Shown one piece after another: positions 16,956 through 27,293 of a DNA stretch of 64,000 nt; positions within the stretch are counted from its first letter, which is position 1, and the number at the start of each line of letters is the position of its first letter. The notes below the pieces were generated by a model. That model saw nothing but the letters and a program-made list of their open reading frames with translations, was not told the origin of the DNA and did no database searches. Where the stretch lies: contig JAEHCO010000003.1 in assembly GCA_020697715.1 (NCBI GenBank), positions 1 to 64,000 of the forward strand. The letters run 5' to 3'. A program made the translations under genes and the position numbers. The DNA comes from Methanobacteriota archaeon (GTDB taxonomy: Archaea > Thermoplasmatota > Thermoplasmata > SG8-5 > JAGLSY01).

Positions 16956-18389
16956 ATGGAAGACGATAAGGACATCGGTCATGATGAAGGTGTAACTCCT
17001 ATATCTGGCGATGTTCCAGTTGAGGATGAGATACTGCCATTAGGTGATCTGATAAATGACCAAACTGGTGGTCGGGCCAATGACAATACCGATGATCTGA
17101 TAAATGGCCAAGTCAATGATCTGGCTAATAGCCAGGTCGATGCTCCGAGAGCAGATGATGCCCACATAGAGCAATTATATTCCACTCAAAAAGATATCAG
17201 TGGTCCACCGCCCAAGAAAAAGAGTAGCTGGCCTACTTTGATAATTATCATTTTATTATTCACCGCACCATTTGCTTTTCTCTTGATCCTGGACAATACG
17301 TCATCACCAGAAGAAATTGTTCTGGATATCACCATCCAGGATGTCGCCGAACTCCGCGACCTGGAAGCTCTTGAGGATGTCCCATTCAGATATATCAGCG
17401 AGGAAGAGTTCGCCGATTCTCTGGATGGAGATATTGACGAGGAAGCTCTTGATGAGTTCGCACGCGTCCTGCGCTCTTTATACCTGATCAATACCACTGA
17501 AGAATTGAAGAGTGCGTATGTAGATTCCCTCTCCGGTCTGGTATTGGGGTATTATGATTTCGAGGCCAAGGAGATGGTCCTGATCGATAGAGGATCATCA
17601 ACTGCTTATGACAGTCTCACGCTCTCACATGAACTTACACATGCTTTGCAAGATCAGCACTTTGATCTCGGCAACTTCACAGGAGATTCATTTGATGAGT
17701 CTAATGCCAGGGACGCCCTGGTGGAAGGAGATGCAACTGTTCTGATGATGCAATATTTTCAATCCATGCCCACAAGCGAGCAAATGGAATTGATATCCTC
17801 CATGGGGAATTTTGATTACCCGGATACGATCTATGTCCTGGATAAATTGCTGAACTTCCCCTACATTGAAGGTATGGTATTCGTCCAACAGCTCCATGAT
17901 GAGCCGCAAGGATGGGGTAACTGGGATGATGTGAATCTTGCTTATTCCAATCCTCCGGTCTCCACGGAGCAAGTACTGCATTTTGAAAAATACCTGTCGG
18001 GCGAGATGCCTTTGCAAATAGACGTATTCATTCCAGATAATATCAGTGGTCTTGATCTCACTCTAAATGATACTCTAGGGGAATACATGGTCTCCATCAT
18101 GCTGGAGAATTATATCCCGACCTCCATGGCAGAAGAAGCTGCAGCTGGATGGGGTGGTGACAGATTCTTCTATTACGAGAACGAGGATGACTGGCTCAGT
18201 TGTTGGGTGATCGAATGGGACACCTATTCGGATGCTAATGAATTCCATCTGGCCTTCGATGAATGGGAGGATAATCCCGATAATCTTTATGCCAGTGAGT
18301 TCGAGAATGGGACTTCAGTTATAGAATTGCATGACAAGATCACCTTTATTTATAGAGCCTCTGATCCATCACTTTTAGATGGGCTTTGA
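16956..18389 (+). CDS. Membrane-anchored zincin-like metallopeptidase-family surface protein
   Basis: One TM; VLGYYD; HEXXH motif HELTHALQDQHF; ALVEGDAT; FPYIEG; PPVSTEQVLH; AAAGWGGD. Confidence 0.75.
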   Translation: MEDDKDIGHDEGVTPISGDVPVEDEILPLGDLINDQTGGRANDNTDDLINGQVNDLANSQVDAPRADDAHIEQLYSTQKDISGPPPKKKSSWPTLIIIILLFTAPFAFLLILDNTSSPEEIVLDITIQDVAELRDLEALEDVPFRYISEEEFADSLDGDIDEEALDEFARVLRSLYLINTTEELKSAYVDSLSGLVLGYYDFEAKEMVLIDRGSSTAYDSLTLSHELTHALQDQHFDLGNFTGDSFDESNARDALVEGDATVLMMQYFQSMPTSEQMELISSMGNFDYPDTIYVLDKLLNFPYIEGMVFVQQLHDEPQGWGNWDDVNLAYSNPPVSTEQVLHFEKYLSGEMPLQIDVFIPDNISGLDLTLNDTLGEYMVSIMLENYIPTSMAEEAAAGWGGDRFFYYENEDDWLSCWVIEWDTYSDANEFHLAFDEWEDNPDNLYASEFENGTSVIELHDKITFIYRASDPSLLDGL

Positions 18390-18485
18390 GCAATGCAAAC
18401 CTAATAAGTGGTTGTAAGAATCTCGAAAATTCGGGGGACAATTATTTCTATCCAATTCTCCATGCCCATTGCCTGGAGGATCAGG

Positions 18486-21400
18486 ATGTCAAATGACGAA
18501 CAATGTGTTGATGTCGATGCCGACGATTGCGAAGTGGTTTCTGAACAATACCAATTCAGGATCGTTGGCAGAGATGAGGAGATCGGTTTTCTCAGCATCG
18601 GCCTTCAGAATCTAATGGAAAGCAATGGCTCCTCGATAATCATAACTGGAGAGGCTGGGATAGGAAAGACCCGGCTGATCGAAGAGTTCCTGTCTATGGT
18701 TTGTGAGAATGGGATCAAGACCCTTGCAAGCTCAGCGGATGCCGATTCAGTGATTCCTTTCCACCTTTTCTCAAGCCTTTTGAAGAATGAATTAGATAGG
18801 CCATTATTTCACGAGGAGGAGTACATTTCTTTTACCAAGGTATTTGCTGTCAACCGGGGTGGTCTTCTCATTGGGGAATCCTCATCAGATGACAAGGATC
18901 TGGATTCTGATATTTTCGCAGGTATGCTGTCCGCAGTTCAAAACTTCGTAAGGGACTCCTTTGATCCTTCCCAGACAGGTGATGGAGCCAAAGGTCTGGG
19001 CAGGCTGGAATATGGGGACATGAAGATCCTCATAGAGCATGGGGAGCATCTGTTCTTGACCGCCGTTACCCGGGGAGTGGAACATCCGAATATGAAGAGT
19101 GTGCTCAAACGAACCCTGCAGGAACTGGAGAGGGATCACGGCTCCCTTATCGATTCATGGACCGGAAAGATTGATGATATGGCCCCAGTTGAGGATGCCA
19201 CTAGAATATTGGCAGATATGAAATTCCTTGTGCGGAGGGACATGGAAGGAATTAACCTTGTTAATGAAAGATACAGGATATCGAATCTCATACTGGATCA
19301 TCTTGTGAAACTGTCTAGTTCCGAACCATTGGTCATTGTTCTGGAAGATCTTCAATGGGCTGATGAACCCTCACTGTTCGCTTTTGAATACATAGCCAGA
19401 AACGTGATCGATAAAAACATATTGCTTGTCGGTACCAATCGCCCACCCGCAACCAAGGAGAGTGGTCTGATATCATGCCTTGAAAATCTATCTAGTGAGG
19501 GAACCACCCTACTTGAACTTGATAAAATGGACGATCTATCTCTTAAAGACCTTCTTGATCTCCTGTGCTCCCCCAATTCATTCGGATCTGGCTTTGTGAA
19601 CAAGGTCGTGGAACAATGTGGTGGAAATCCATTTTTCCTGATAGAGGTCATCAGGCAGATGAAAGATGATGGCAGTATTGGCTTCATTGAGGAGGAGTAC
19701 CAGTTGCTCAATGAAGAGGTGGCTCTCCCTTCTTCGGTCGAAGAGGTTGTGATAAACAAACTAATGAATTTGGAGCCCGACTCCCTTTCTCTTTCTGAAT
19801 ACGCTTCTTGTATCGGGCGGGTGTTTCCCAGATCGGTCATTCAAGCTTTCAAGAATGTGGAAGATCCCGATCATAGCTTAGAAAAACTTAGACTGGCCAG
19901 AGTGATCAAAAAATGTGGTGACAATGGTGAGTTCATGCACGGCATCATCCAAGATGTTGTATACAATACAATGGGAGACATCAGGAGATCCATATACCAC
20001 AAGAGCTTGGGAGAGTATTACGAGGATGCTTATCCCGATAGGATGGAAGAGGTGACATATGACCTTGCCAGACATTTTTCTCATACGAGGGAGTACCATA
20101 AGACCTTCCGATATTCTTTCAGAGCTGGCGACAGGGCCGCCAATGCCTTCGCCCCTGAGCAGGCACTATTGTTCTACCAGCAGGCTGAAAGTATATCGCA
20201 TCATATTCCAGATCTGTCTTCTGAGGACCTTCGCGATCTGATCAAAGGAATGGGGGATGTTCAATCACTTTTGGGGAATTATGAGGAAGCGCTGGAAAAG
20301 TATGAAAAGTTGTTTGAAGAAGAGACCGGTAACTTGGAGAAGGCCGCTATCTTGGAGAGAATATCAGATGTGTACACTCGCAAGACCGAATATGATAATG
20401 CCAGGGAAGCTGGAGAAAAGGGGCTGGCTCTTGTTGGTAGCGGGGAATCCAGGGTAAAAGCGCTTTTATACAATTCCATGGGCCGGGTCGAGCTAAGGCA
20501 GAGTGATTTTGATTCCGCTGAAGAATATTTCATCAAGTGTCTGGCCATTGCCAAAGACCAATCTGATATAGGCCTGATAGGAATGGCAGAGATGCTCCTT
20601 GGGGTCATCGGACATCAGAGGGGACAGTATCTGAAGGCCCTGCCGCATTACATGAGATCACTGGAGCTGGAGGAGGAGATGGAGAATATGATGGGCATAG
20701 CCTCGGTGCTCAATAACATGGGTTTGCTGCATGATAGCATTGGAAACCTTGACAAGGCTCTGGAATGCCATAATAGAAGCCTGGAGATAAAAAGAAAGGC
20801 GGGTGCTAAATATTCAATTGGTGGATCATTGATAAATATAGGACTGGTCCATTTTTCAAGAGGGGAGCTGGACCTTGCAGAGGATTATTACCGTCAGAGC
20901 CTGGTCATCAAAGAGGAACTGGGTGACAAATACGGTCTGAGTCTCATCTATGATTATCTTGGAACTGTCTATCACTATAAAGGCGATTACGATGCCTCCA
21001 TGGAATACTACACAAAGGTCAGGGAGCTGCTGGACAGCACCAAGGAAAAATACCAGCTGGCCGAGATATTCCTATTGGAGGGAGCGCTCAACCTCACCTT
21101 TGAAGACCCTGAAAAAGCAAAGGGTCTTTTGGAGGAGAGCCTTATCATCGCTGAAGAGATCAAGACCTATCATATCATGGTCTCGGCCTTGTACCTCCTT
21201 TCTGATTGCTGGCTGAGACTGGGTGATATTGATCGGGCCGAGGAGCACGTGAAGAAGGCCGATACCCTGAATCAGGAGAACTTTGGGGAAAAGCATCACG
21301 ACCGCCAATTCCATGCTCTGGGCGGCATCCATGTGGCAAAAGAAGAGTGGGAACTGGCCAATGAACTGTTCGAGAAGGGCATAAAATATCTTGATGGGAT

Positions 21401-21578
21401 GGGAATGAGGAAGGAACTGGCCCTTCTGCTCTATGATCATGGGGCCATGTTGTCAAAAATAAGTGAGACAAAAAGAGCCAGTGAACAGCTGAAAAAGGCC
21501 CAGAGCATGTTCAAGGACATGGGAATGAAGCTCTGGGAAAAAAGAGCTGAAGATCTCCTCAATGGAATAACTGGCTAA
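18486..21578 (+). CDS. STAND-type (AAA_16-like) NTPase-TPR protein with inserted longin/roadblock-like domain
   Basis: IVGRDEE, Walker A GEAGIGKT, Walker B LEDLQWAD, GGNPFF, HGIIQDVVY, ~10 TPRs; SD GGAGGA at 18475. Confidence 0.88.
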   Translation: MSNDEQCVDVDADDCEVVSEQYQFRIVGRDEEIGFLSIGLQNLMESNGSSIIITGEAGIGKTRLIEEFLSMVCENGIKTLASSADADSVIPFHLFSSLLKNELDRPLFHEEEYISFTKVFAVNRGGLLIGESSSDDKDLDSDIFAGMLSAVQNFVRDSFDPSQTGDGAKGLGRLEYGDMKILIEHGEHLFLTAVTRGVEHPNMKSVLKRTLQELERDHGSLIDSWTGKIDDMAPVEDATRILADMKFLVRRDMEGINLVNERYRISNLILDHLVKLSSSEPLVIVLEDLQWADEPSLFAFEYIARNVIDKNILLVGTNRPPATKESGLISCLENLSSEGTTLLELDKMDDLSLKDLLDLLCSPNSFGSGFVNKVVEQCGGNPFFLIEVIRQMKDDGSIGFIEEEYQLLNEEVALPSSVEEVVINKLMNLEPDSLSLSEYASCIGRVFPRSVIQAFKNVEDPDHSLEKLRLARVIKKCGDNGEFMHGIIQDVVYNTMGDIRRSIYHKSLGEYYEDAYPDRMEEVTYDLARHFSHTREYHKTFRYSFRAGDRAANAFAPEQALLFYQQAESISHHIPDLSSEDLRDLIKGMGDVQSLLGNYEEALEKYEKLFEEETGNLEKAAILERISDVYTRKTEYDNAREAGEKGLALVGSGESRVKALLYNSMGRVELRQSDFDSAEEYFIKCLAIAKDQSDIGLIGMAEMLLGVIGHQRGQYLKALPHYMRSLELEEEMENMMGIASVLNNMGLLHDSIGNLDKALECHNRSLEIKRKAGAKYSIGGSLINIGLVHFSRGELDLAEDYYRQSLVIKEELGDKYGLSLIYDYLGTVYHYKGDYDASMEYYTKVRELLDSTKEKYQLAEIFLLEGALNLTFEDPEKAKGLLEESLIIAEEIKTYHIMVSALYLLSDCWLRLGDIDRAEEHVKKADTLNQENFGEKHHDRQFHALGGIHVAKEEWELANELFEKGIKYLDGMGMRKELALLLYDHGAMLSKISETKRASEQLKKAQSMFKDMGMKLWEKRAEDLLNGITG

Positions 21579-21665
21579 GGCTTACTGTAATAACCTTAAT
21601 TCACAAATATTGTTCTTCCCCTCTCTTCCGTAACTTCTATATTCTTTGCCGTATTCCAAGAGAAT

Positions 21666-22718
21666 ATGTCATCCATTGACGAGAAGTATGCGAAACTGAC
21701 CCATAACTGCACAGAAGTAGTTACAGAAGCCGAGGCCAGAGCCCTCTTTGAGAAAGACAGAGAGCTCATATCCTATTGGGGTGTGGAGCCATCTGGATTA
21801 CTGCATATCGGTCAGGGCTTGATGGTCGCCCAGAAGTTGAAGGATCTTTCAGAGCTTGGCTTCAAAGTTACTGTATTCATGGCAGACTGGCATGCTTTCG
21901 TCAATGACAAACTAGGCGGGGATCTGGAGAATATCAAGATATGTGGTGATTATCTCGCGGATTGCCTGAAAGGACTTGGAGCCGATGGTCCAAATATCGT
22001 TTACAGGTACGCCAGTGATTTCACAAATGACGAAAAATATTGGGAGAAAGTTCTCAGGGTGTCCAAAGCCTCGACAGTGGCCAGGATAAAGCGCGCGATG
22101 ACAATAATGGGCCGCCAGGAAGATGAAGCTGACGGCGATGCTTCCAAGCTCATATACCCGGCCATGCAGGTCGCGGATATATTCTACATGGATGTCGATC
22201 TGGCAATTGGCGGGATGGATCAGAGACACGCGCATATGTTGGCACGAGATGTAGCGGATAAACTTGGAGAAAAAAAGCCAGTGGCTCTTCATTGGCCACT
22301 GTTGATGGGTCTTCAAGGTGGCGGTAGGATGGATTCCGCAGAGGGGAAGATGAGTAAATCCGATCCAAATTCATGTGTGTTCATACACGATGAGCCAAAG
22401 GCCATCCGCAAGAAATTGAACAAGGCCTACTGCCCGACAGATGACATTGATACGAATCCAGTTCTGGATCATGCAAGATTGATAGTATTTCCCATGCTGG
22501 GAAAGATGGAGATCAAGAGGCCGGAGAAGTTCGGCGGAGATCTTAATTTCGATACCTATGATGAGCTTGTCAAGGCCTATTCAGAAGGTGGTCTACACCC
22601 CATGGATCTGAAGAATGGGGTGGCTGACAGTATCGCGGAGATACTAGCTCCAGCAAGGCAGTATCTTAAGGATAATCCGAATAATTTCAATAAATTGAAG
22701 AGCATCCTAGACGTGTGA
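21666..22718 (+). CDS. tyrS: Tyrosine--tRNA ligase (archaeal)
   Basis: YWGVEPSG, HIGH-like HIGQ, ADWHA, YPAMQVADI, GGMDQR, KMSKS. Confidence 0.95.
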   Translation: MSSIDEKYAKLTHNCTEVVTEAEARALFEKDRELISYWGVEPSGLLHIGQGLMVAQKLKDLSELGFKVTVFMADWHAFVNDKLGGDLENIKICGDYLADCLKGLGADGPNIVYRYASDFTNDEKYWEKVLRVSKASTVARIKRAMTIMGRQEDEADGDASKLIYPAMQVADIFYMDVDLAIGGMDQRHAHMLARDVADKLGEKKPVALHWPLLMGLQGGGRMDSAEGKMSKSDPNSCVFIHDEPKAIRKKLNKAYCPTDDIDTNPVLDHARLIVFPMLGKMEIKRPEKFGGDLNFDTYDELVKAYSEGGLHPMDLKNGVADSIAEILAPARQYLKDNPNNFNKLKSILDV

Positions 22719-22843
22719 TTCTGCGAATCATACTACATACTATTGTGATCATATCACCTCTAAATTTATGCTTCTATAGGGAATATGTTAATAAGCATCT
22801 TTTCAATCTTCAGGCTGAAAGAAAGTAACGGAGGGAAGTATAA

Positions 22844-23290
22844 ATGGCAAAAAAGAAATTGACAAATAATGAGCAAGCCGGTCTGATAGCCATGATCGGT
22901 GGGATATTGATGTTACTAGCCGGTATATCTGGAGCCGCGACATGGGCTGCTCTTGGAACGCTGACCGAAGAGATCATTGGAAATGACAGCTTTAATTTGG
23001 TATTCCAGATACTGGCATTACTTGGTTCACTTGGTGGTTTGATCGTCATCCTTGGTGGTCTGTTCATAAATGGACAGTATGTCAAGAAGATGAAGATGCC
23101 CAAGGACAAAAGATTGAAGCTCGGCAAGCTATTCATCACTATTGGTGCTGGAATGGGAGTTGTCGGCCTGTTGATCTTCTTGGTGCTGGTCATGTTCAGT
23201 GATGACCCCGCAGGCAATATCCTCGGAGCTGTTGGTCTGGGATTCATTGGTCTTGTATTGACCATCATATCAAGAAAGAAGGCAAAATAA
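22844..23290 (+). CDS. Hypothetical 4-TM membrane protein
   Basis: Four Gly-rich hydrophobic segments; SD-like GGAGGG upstream. Confidence 0.75.
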   Translation: MAKKKLTNNEQAGLIAMIGGILMLLAGISGAATWAALGTLTEEIIGNDSFNLVFQILALLGSLGGLIVILGGLFINGQYVKKMKMPKDKRLKLGKLFITIGAGMGVVGLLIFLVLVMFSDDPAGNILGAVGLGFIGLVLTIISRKKAK

Positions 23291-23296
23291 AGTAGC

Positions 23297-23662
23297 TCAA
23301 GCCAATGAGAGGTCGCCACTGACCTTGTCAATAAGATTCTCCGGGCCTGGCCCAATACCAAGGCAGGTGACTGTTCCCGGTGGTAACTGCGTATGCCCTG
23401 CATCGGTTATCAGTGAATTCGGCAGATCCTCATCCTTGGCCAGATACTGCAATTCACGCAATTCCTCCAAGCTATTGATCTTAAGCACGACCTTCTTCTG
23501 ACCTTCATCATACCATTTACGGAACCATTTGGTATGATTTTTCTTGGCTGAGAAAGCGCAATTGACCGCGGCATGGGCGACCTGAGCCCCCATCTTCCCC
23601 GGGCTGAGTTTGATATCCGTTCTGACAACTATGACCATCTTGTATTCTCCTTGAACCTTCAA
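23297..23662 (-). CDS. pth2: Peptidyl-tRNA hydrolase Pth2
   Basis: KMVIVVRTD, GKMGAQVAHA, GQKKVVLK, DAGHTQ, TCLGIGP. Confidence 0.95.
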   Translation of the reverse strand: MKVQGEYKMVIVVRTDIKLSPGKMGAQVAHAAVNCAFSAKKNHTKWFRKWYDEGQKKVVLKINSLEELRELQYLAKDEDLPNSLITDAGHTQLPPGTVTCLGIGPGPENLIDKVSGDLSLA

Positions 23663-23690
23663 AATATCGCCTCTGTATGATCTGATATCA

Positions 23691-24290
23691 TCAGACTTCC
23701 TCCTCTTGTTCCAGCTCTATCAACCTCGCTTCTATCTCTCGCAGGGTTTTCTTGGTGCCAGATATTTTTTCTCTATAATAATCAGCTGTCTCTCCATCAT
23801 GCATATCTTCCTTTTTTTCCAGCTCATTGATCTTATCTATGGCCTTGAACTTCTTCTCGACCAATTGTCTGTGTTCGAATCCTTTTTCCCTATTCCCGAA
23901 CATGGGGCCAGTGAGGGATCTTGGATCCTGTGGTACGGGTCTTATCAATTTCGGATGCCAGTTACCCATGAACTGATACGCTCCTCGCCACCATCCGATC
24001 CCGAAGGTGATGATGGAGACAAGTGATAATGACAATATGATATACCATGTTGTGAAATAACCAATTCCCGTATCTGGATCAGGTCCAAGTGCGTTCAGGA
24101 AAAACCCTGTCAGGATGGTGATGACTATGCTCAGGCCAATTCCCAGAGCCGCTCTGTAAAGCATATCCAGCTTTATGTCCAGCTCACCTTTTCTTGGAAA
24201 TATAGCATTTGCTGTAATGAAACCTGGGATAAAGAATATCAATAGCAGGGCCAGTATGGCTCTTAGTAGGTCCAGCATGGTAAATTCCAT
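23691..24290 (-). CDS. DUF1616-like membrane protein with coiled-coil tail
   Basis: FFIPGF...AIFP...LYRAALGIGLSI; three TM segments. Confidence 0.7.
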   Translation of the reverse strand: MEFTMLDLLRAILALLLIFFIPGFITANAIFPRKGELDIKLDMLYRAALGIGLSIVITILTGFFLNALGPDPDTGIGYFTTWYIILSLSLVSIITFGIGWWRGAYQFMGNWHPKLIRPVPQDPRSLTGPMFGNREKGFEHRQLVEKKFKAIDKINELEKKEDMHDGETADYYREKISGTKKTLREIEARLIELEQEEEV

Positions 24291-24380
24291 ATCAGAGAAG
24301 GCATGAAGGTGTTTAAAGATTTTTAGTCCTTTGATACAAATCAAATTTATACCAAAATGCAATCCCCCTTCTGTGATAGC

Positions 24381-25538
24381 ATGATCGACCGTAAAGAGAT
24401 ACAAGAGATTGCAGAGAATTATGACCTAGATAAGGTGAAGGTGGGCGTGGTCGCTTCCCATTCGGGTCTGGATGTCTGTGATGGAGCCATTGCCGAGAAC
24501 TTGCCAACACTGGCCATTTGCCAGAAAGGCCGTGAGAAGACCTATACTCAATATTTCAAGTCCCAGAGGGATGCGAATGGTAAGGTCATTCGAGGCATGG
24601 TGGACGAGTTCCATCTTTATGACAAGTTCAATGAGGTAATGCTGCCAGCCAATCAGAAGAAGCTGGTGGAGGACAATGTCCTTTTCATACCGAATAGATC
24701 ATTCACTTCATATGTGCCGATCGGAGAGATCGAGGATAATTTCCAGGTTCCTATGTTCGGAAGCCGTAATATGCTCAGAAGCGAGGAGCGCGGTGAGGCA
24801 CAGGATTATTACTGGCTCCTTGAACAGGGAGGTCTGCCATTCCCAGAAAAACTGGAAGGGCCGAAGGACATAGATGGCCTGGTCATGGTCAAGCTCCCAC
24901 ACAAGATTAAAAAACTTGAACGTGGTTTCTTCACAGCTGCCAGCTATTCCGAGTTCCAGAATAAATCCGCTGAGCTTATCAAGAACAATATCATCACGGA
25001 AGAAGCGCTGGCTGAAGCCAGAATTGAAAGATATGTTATCGGGCCAGTGTTCAATCTCGACTTCTTCTATTCACCTATCGAGAAGGAAATGGCAAAGCTG
25101 GAATTGACTGGTATAGATTGGCGCTTTGAGACATCACTGGACGGTCATGTAAGACTTCCAGCACCACAGCAGATGACACTCGAAGGCGAACAGCAAATGC
25201 CCGAGTACACGGTATGCGGCCATAACTCCGCAACCCTTCGTGAATCACTTCTGGAAAAAGCATTCGAGCTGGGTGAGAAATATATCGAGGCCAGCAAGGA
25301 ACATTATGCCCCTGGCGTGATCGGACCATTCTGCCTACAGACCTGTGTTGATAAGGATCTCAATTTCTACATTTACGATGTCGCGCCAAGAGTGGGCGGA
25401 GGAACAAATGTCCACATGGCTGTCGGTCATCCATACGGTAATGCCCTGTGGAGGAAGGAGATGTCCACTGGAAGACGAATGGCCTTCGAGATAAGAAGGG
25501 CGATCGAGATGGGCAAGATCGGCGAGATAGTTACGTGA
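24381..25538 (+). CDS. purP: Formate--phosphoribosylaminoimidazolecarboxamide ligase family (PurP-like, ATP-grasp)
   Basis: ASHSGLD, FIPNRSF, ERGFF, TLRESLL, IGPFCLQ, RVGGGTN. Confidence 0.9.
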   Translation: MIDRKEIQEIAENYDLDKVKVGVVASHSGLDVCDGAIAENLPTLAICQKGREKTYTQYFKSQRDANGKVIRGMVDEFHLYDKFNEVMLPANQKKLVEDNVLFIPNRSFTSYVPIGEIEDNFQVPMFGSRNMLRSEERGEAQDYYWLLEQGGLPFPEKLEGPKDIDGLVMVKLPHKIKKLERGFFTAASYSEFQNKSAELIKNNIITEEALAEARIERYVIGPVFNLDFFYSPIEKEMAKLELTGIDWRFETSLDGHVRLPAPQQMTLEGEQQMPEYTVCGHNSATLRESLLEKAFELGEKYIEASKEHYAPGVIGPFCLQTCVDKDLNFYIYDVAPRVGGGTNVHMAVGHPYGNALWRKEMSTGRRMAFEIRRAIEMGKIGEIVT

Positions 25539-25566
25539 GCCAGTCGATCCAATAATGAGGTAGATC

Positions 25567-25797
25567 ATGAAACTGGAAGGCGCTGTCAGATCGGTCAGAA
25601 GGGTGAGGATAGCCACGTCAGTTGGCGTGGCTCTCGCACTTATGATATTGGGAATTGCTTCATTGGACAGTGATATGTCCGAAGCCACCCAGGATGGTCT
25701 TTTCTTGCTGGCGGCAGTTCTTATAATTCTCAGTGTGATAGTCCCAATATCATACACAGCCTATCTGGCTCGAAAAGGGCCAGATGATGATGATTAG
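25567..25797 (+). CDS. Small 2-TM hypothetical protein
   Basis: SD GAGGT upstream; two hydrophobic helices. Confidence 0.55.
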   Translation: MKLEGAVRSVRRVRIATSVGVALALMILGIASLDSDMSEATQDGLFLLAAVLIILSVIVPISYTAYLARKGPDDDD

Positions 25798-25877
25798 GAG
25801 AATTTATACCTCTGATTTATGAATTAGGTTTGTTAAGCTGGGTGTGACAGTGTGTCGTGCTAAATCAAAATGGACAT

Positions 25878-26097
25878 CCCCGATCTTAGCTTGATCGGGG
25901 GTAATGAATAAACACCCCGCCCGTCAACTGAGAAATCATTGAGATTTAGACGGGGCTTAGAAATATCAATTGGTATTTGTCACTCGCATACTCATCGAAT
26001 ATAATACCCTGAATCTCAGCATGGCTGAGCTTTCAGAATCTCGGCAAGCCGAGCTTCGCCCTGATGAATATTCTCAGAATTATCCAGACGGGGCATG
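25878..26097 (-). repeat. Cluster of three CCCCG...CGGGG hairpins resembling IS200/IS605 ends (possible non-autonomous remnant)
   Basis: Perfect ccccgatc/gatcgggg at 25878-25900; two related minus-strand units gccccgtc-N-gggcg...gggt.tt..attc; nested ctcagc/gctgag and ctcggc/gccgag palindromes. Confidence 0.5.
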
Positions 26098-26136
26098 CTT
26101 GCTATGGTCCACATTATCACTGCTATCAATATATCA

Positions 26137-27162
26137 CTACTTATGCGGTTCGATAATAACCTTCATTGAGTCATTGGCTTCCGTCATCAATTGGAATCCT
26201 TTTGCTGCATCTTTCAATGACAATTTATGCGTTATCATATCTTTCACTTGAACCGCGCCAGTGTCCAGAAGTTCAATGGCCTCTTCTATATCCTTCGGGG
26301 CGGCCGCATAGGTGGTTATCAAGTTATTGCCATTCTTCCAGAATTCCCAGGGCTCGATGGATATCTCCACTTCTGGTTTTGTGGAGGCGAATAGGAGTAC
26401 ATTGCCTCCGGCATTCACGCATTCCAATCCTTGCTTGATGGCTGTTTTGGAGCCCGCGCATACTATCACCTGGTCTGCCAGCTGGCCTCGGTTCCAGGAC
26501 CTCAGCCTTTTTGGAAGGTCGCTCCTGGCATCGATGACCGCCTCGGCTCCTGCCTTTCTCGCCATTTCCATCCGACTTTCCACAATGTCGGATGCGATAA
26601 CTCTGTCAGCTCCCTTGGCCAGTGCCAGTTTTATGTGCAGTAATCCCGATATGCCACTACCGATGACCAGCACTGTCTGTCCAGCTCTCATATCGGCCCT
26701 TCTCTGGCCGCGAACGACACATGCCAGTGGTTCTATGAATGTGCCTACAGGATATGACATATTGTCAGGTAATATGAAAACACCATTGTTCAGGTTCACT
26801 TCCGGTACCCGAACATACTCCGAGAATCCACCTGGATCGAAGTTCGTACTTCTCAATTGCTCGCATACTGTGTGGTTTCCCAATTGGCAATGGCTACATG
26901 AATCGCAAGGAACATGATGGGACACGAAGACCCTGTCCCTGACTTTGATATTCTTGACATCCGAGCCGACCTCCACCACCTTTCCAGCGATCTCATGCCC
27001 GAGCACACGGGGGGCTGTTTTAACGCGATACCACTCCATGACATCCGAACCACAGATACCACTGGCCATTACCTTGACCATGATCTCCTTTGAACCGATC
27101 TCTGGCTTTGGTACATCCTCTATTCGGACATCTTGATTATTATAATACATTGCAGCACGCAT
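26137..27162 (-). CDS. Zinc-dependent medium-chain alcohol dehydrogenase (sorbitol/threonine DH-like)
   Basis: GICGSD, GHE, structural zinc CDSCSHC...C, GSGISG. Confidence 0.92.
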   Translation of the reverse strand: MRAAMYYNNQDVRIEDVPKPEIGSKEIMVKVMASGICGSDVMEWYRVKTAPRVLGHEIAGKVVEVGSDVKNIKVRDRVFVSHHVPCDSCSHCQLGNHTVCEQLRSTNFDPGGFSEYVRVPEVNLNNGVFILPDNMSYPVGTFIEPLACVVRGQRRADMRAGQTVLVIGSGISGLLHIKLALAKGADRVIASDIVESRMEMARKAGAEAVIDARSDLPKRLRSWNRGQLADQVIVCAGSKTAIKQGLECVNAGGNVLLFASTKPEVEISIEPWEFWKNGNNLITTYAAAPKDIEEAIELLDTGAVQVKDMITHKLSLKDAAKGFQLMTEANDSMKVIIEPHK

Positions 27163-27293
27163 TATTAACCTCCCGAACATGGAAGGTCGCCATGATAAAA
27201 GAATATTCCTATTATTTTAATGAAATAAGAGTTGCATAAATCTTTAATAAAATATCTTCCTTACAAGGCCTAACTCTGGGAAGGGTATAATCA

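Noticed and set aside
22810-23403. Long antisense ORFs (e.g. 22810-23403, 26312-26917, 28150-28734, 54226-54783, 62693-63922)
   Set aside because: Shadows of well-supported genes on the opposite strand with no recognisable motifs
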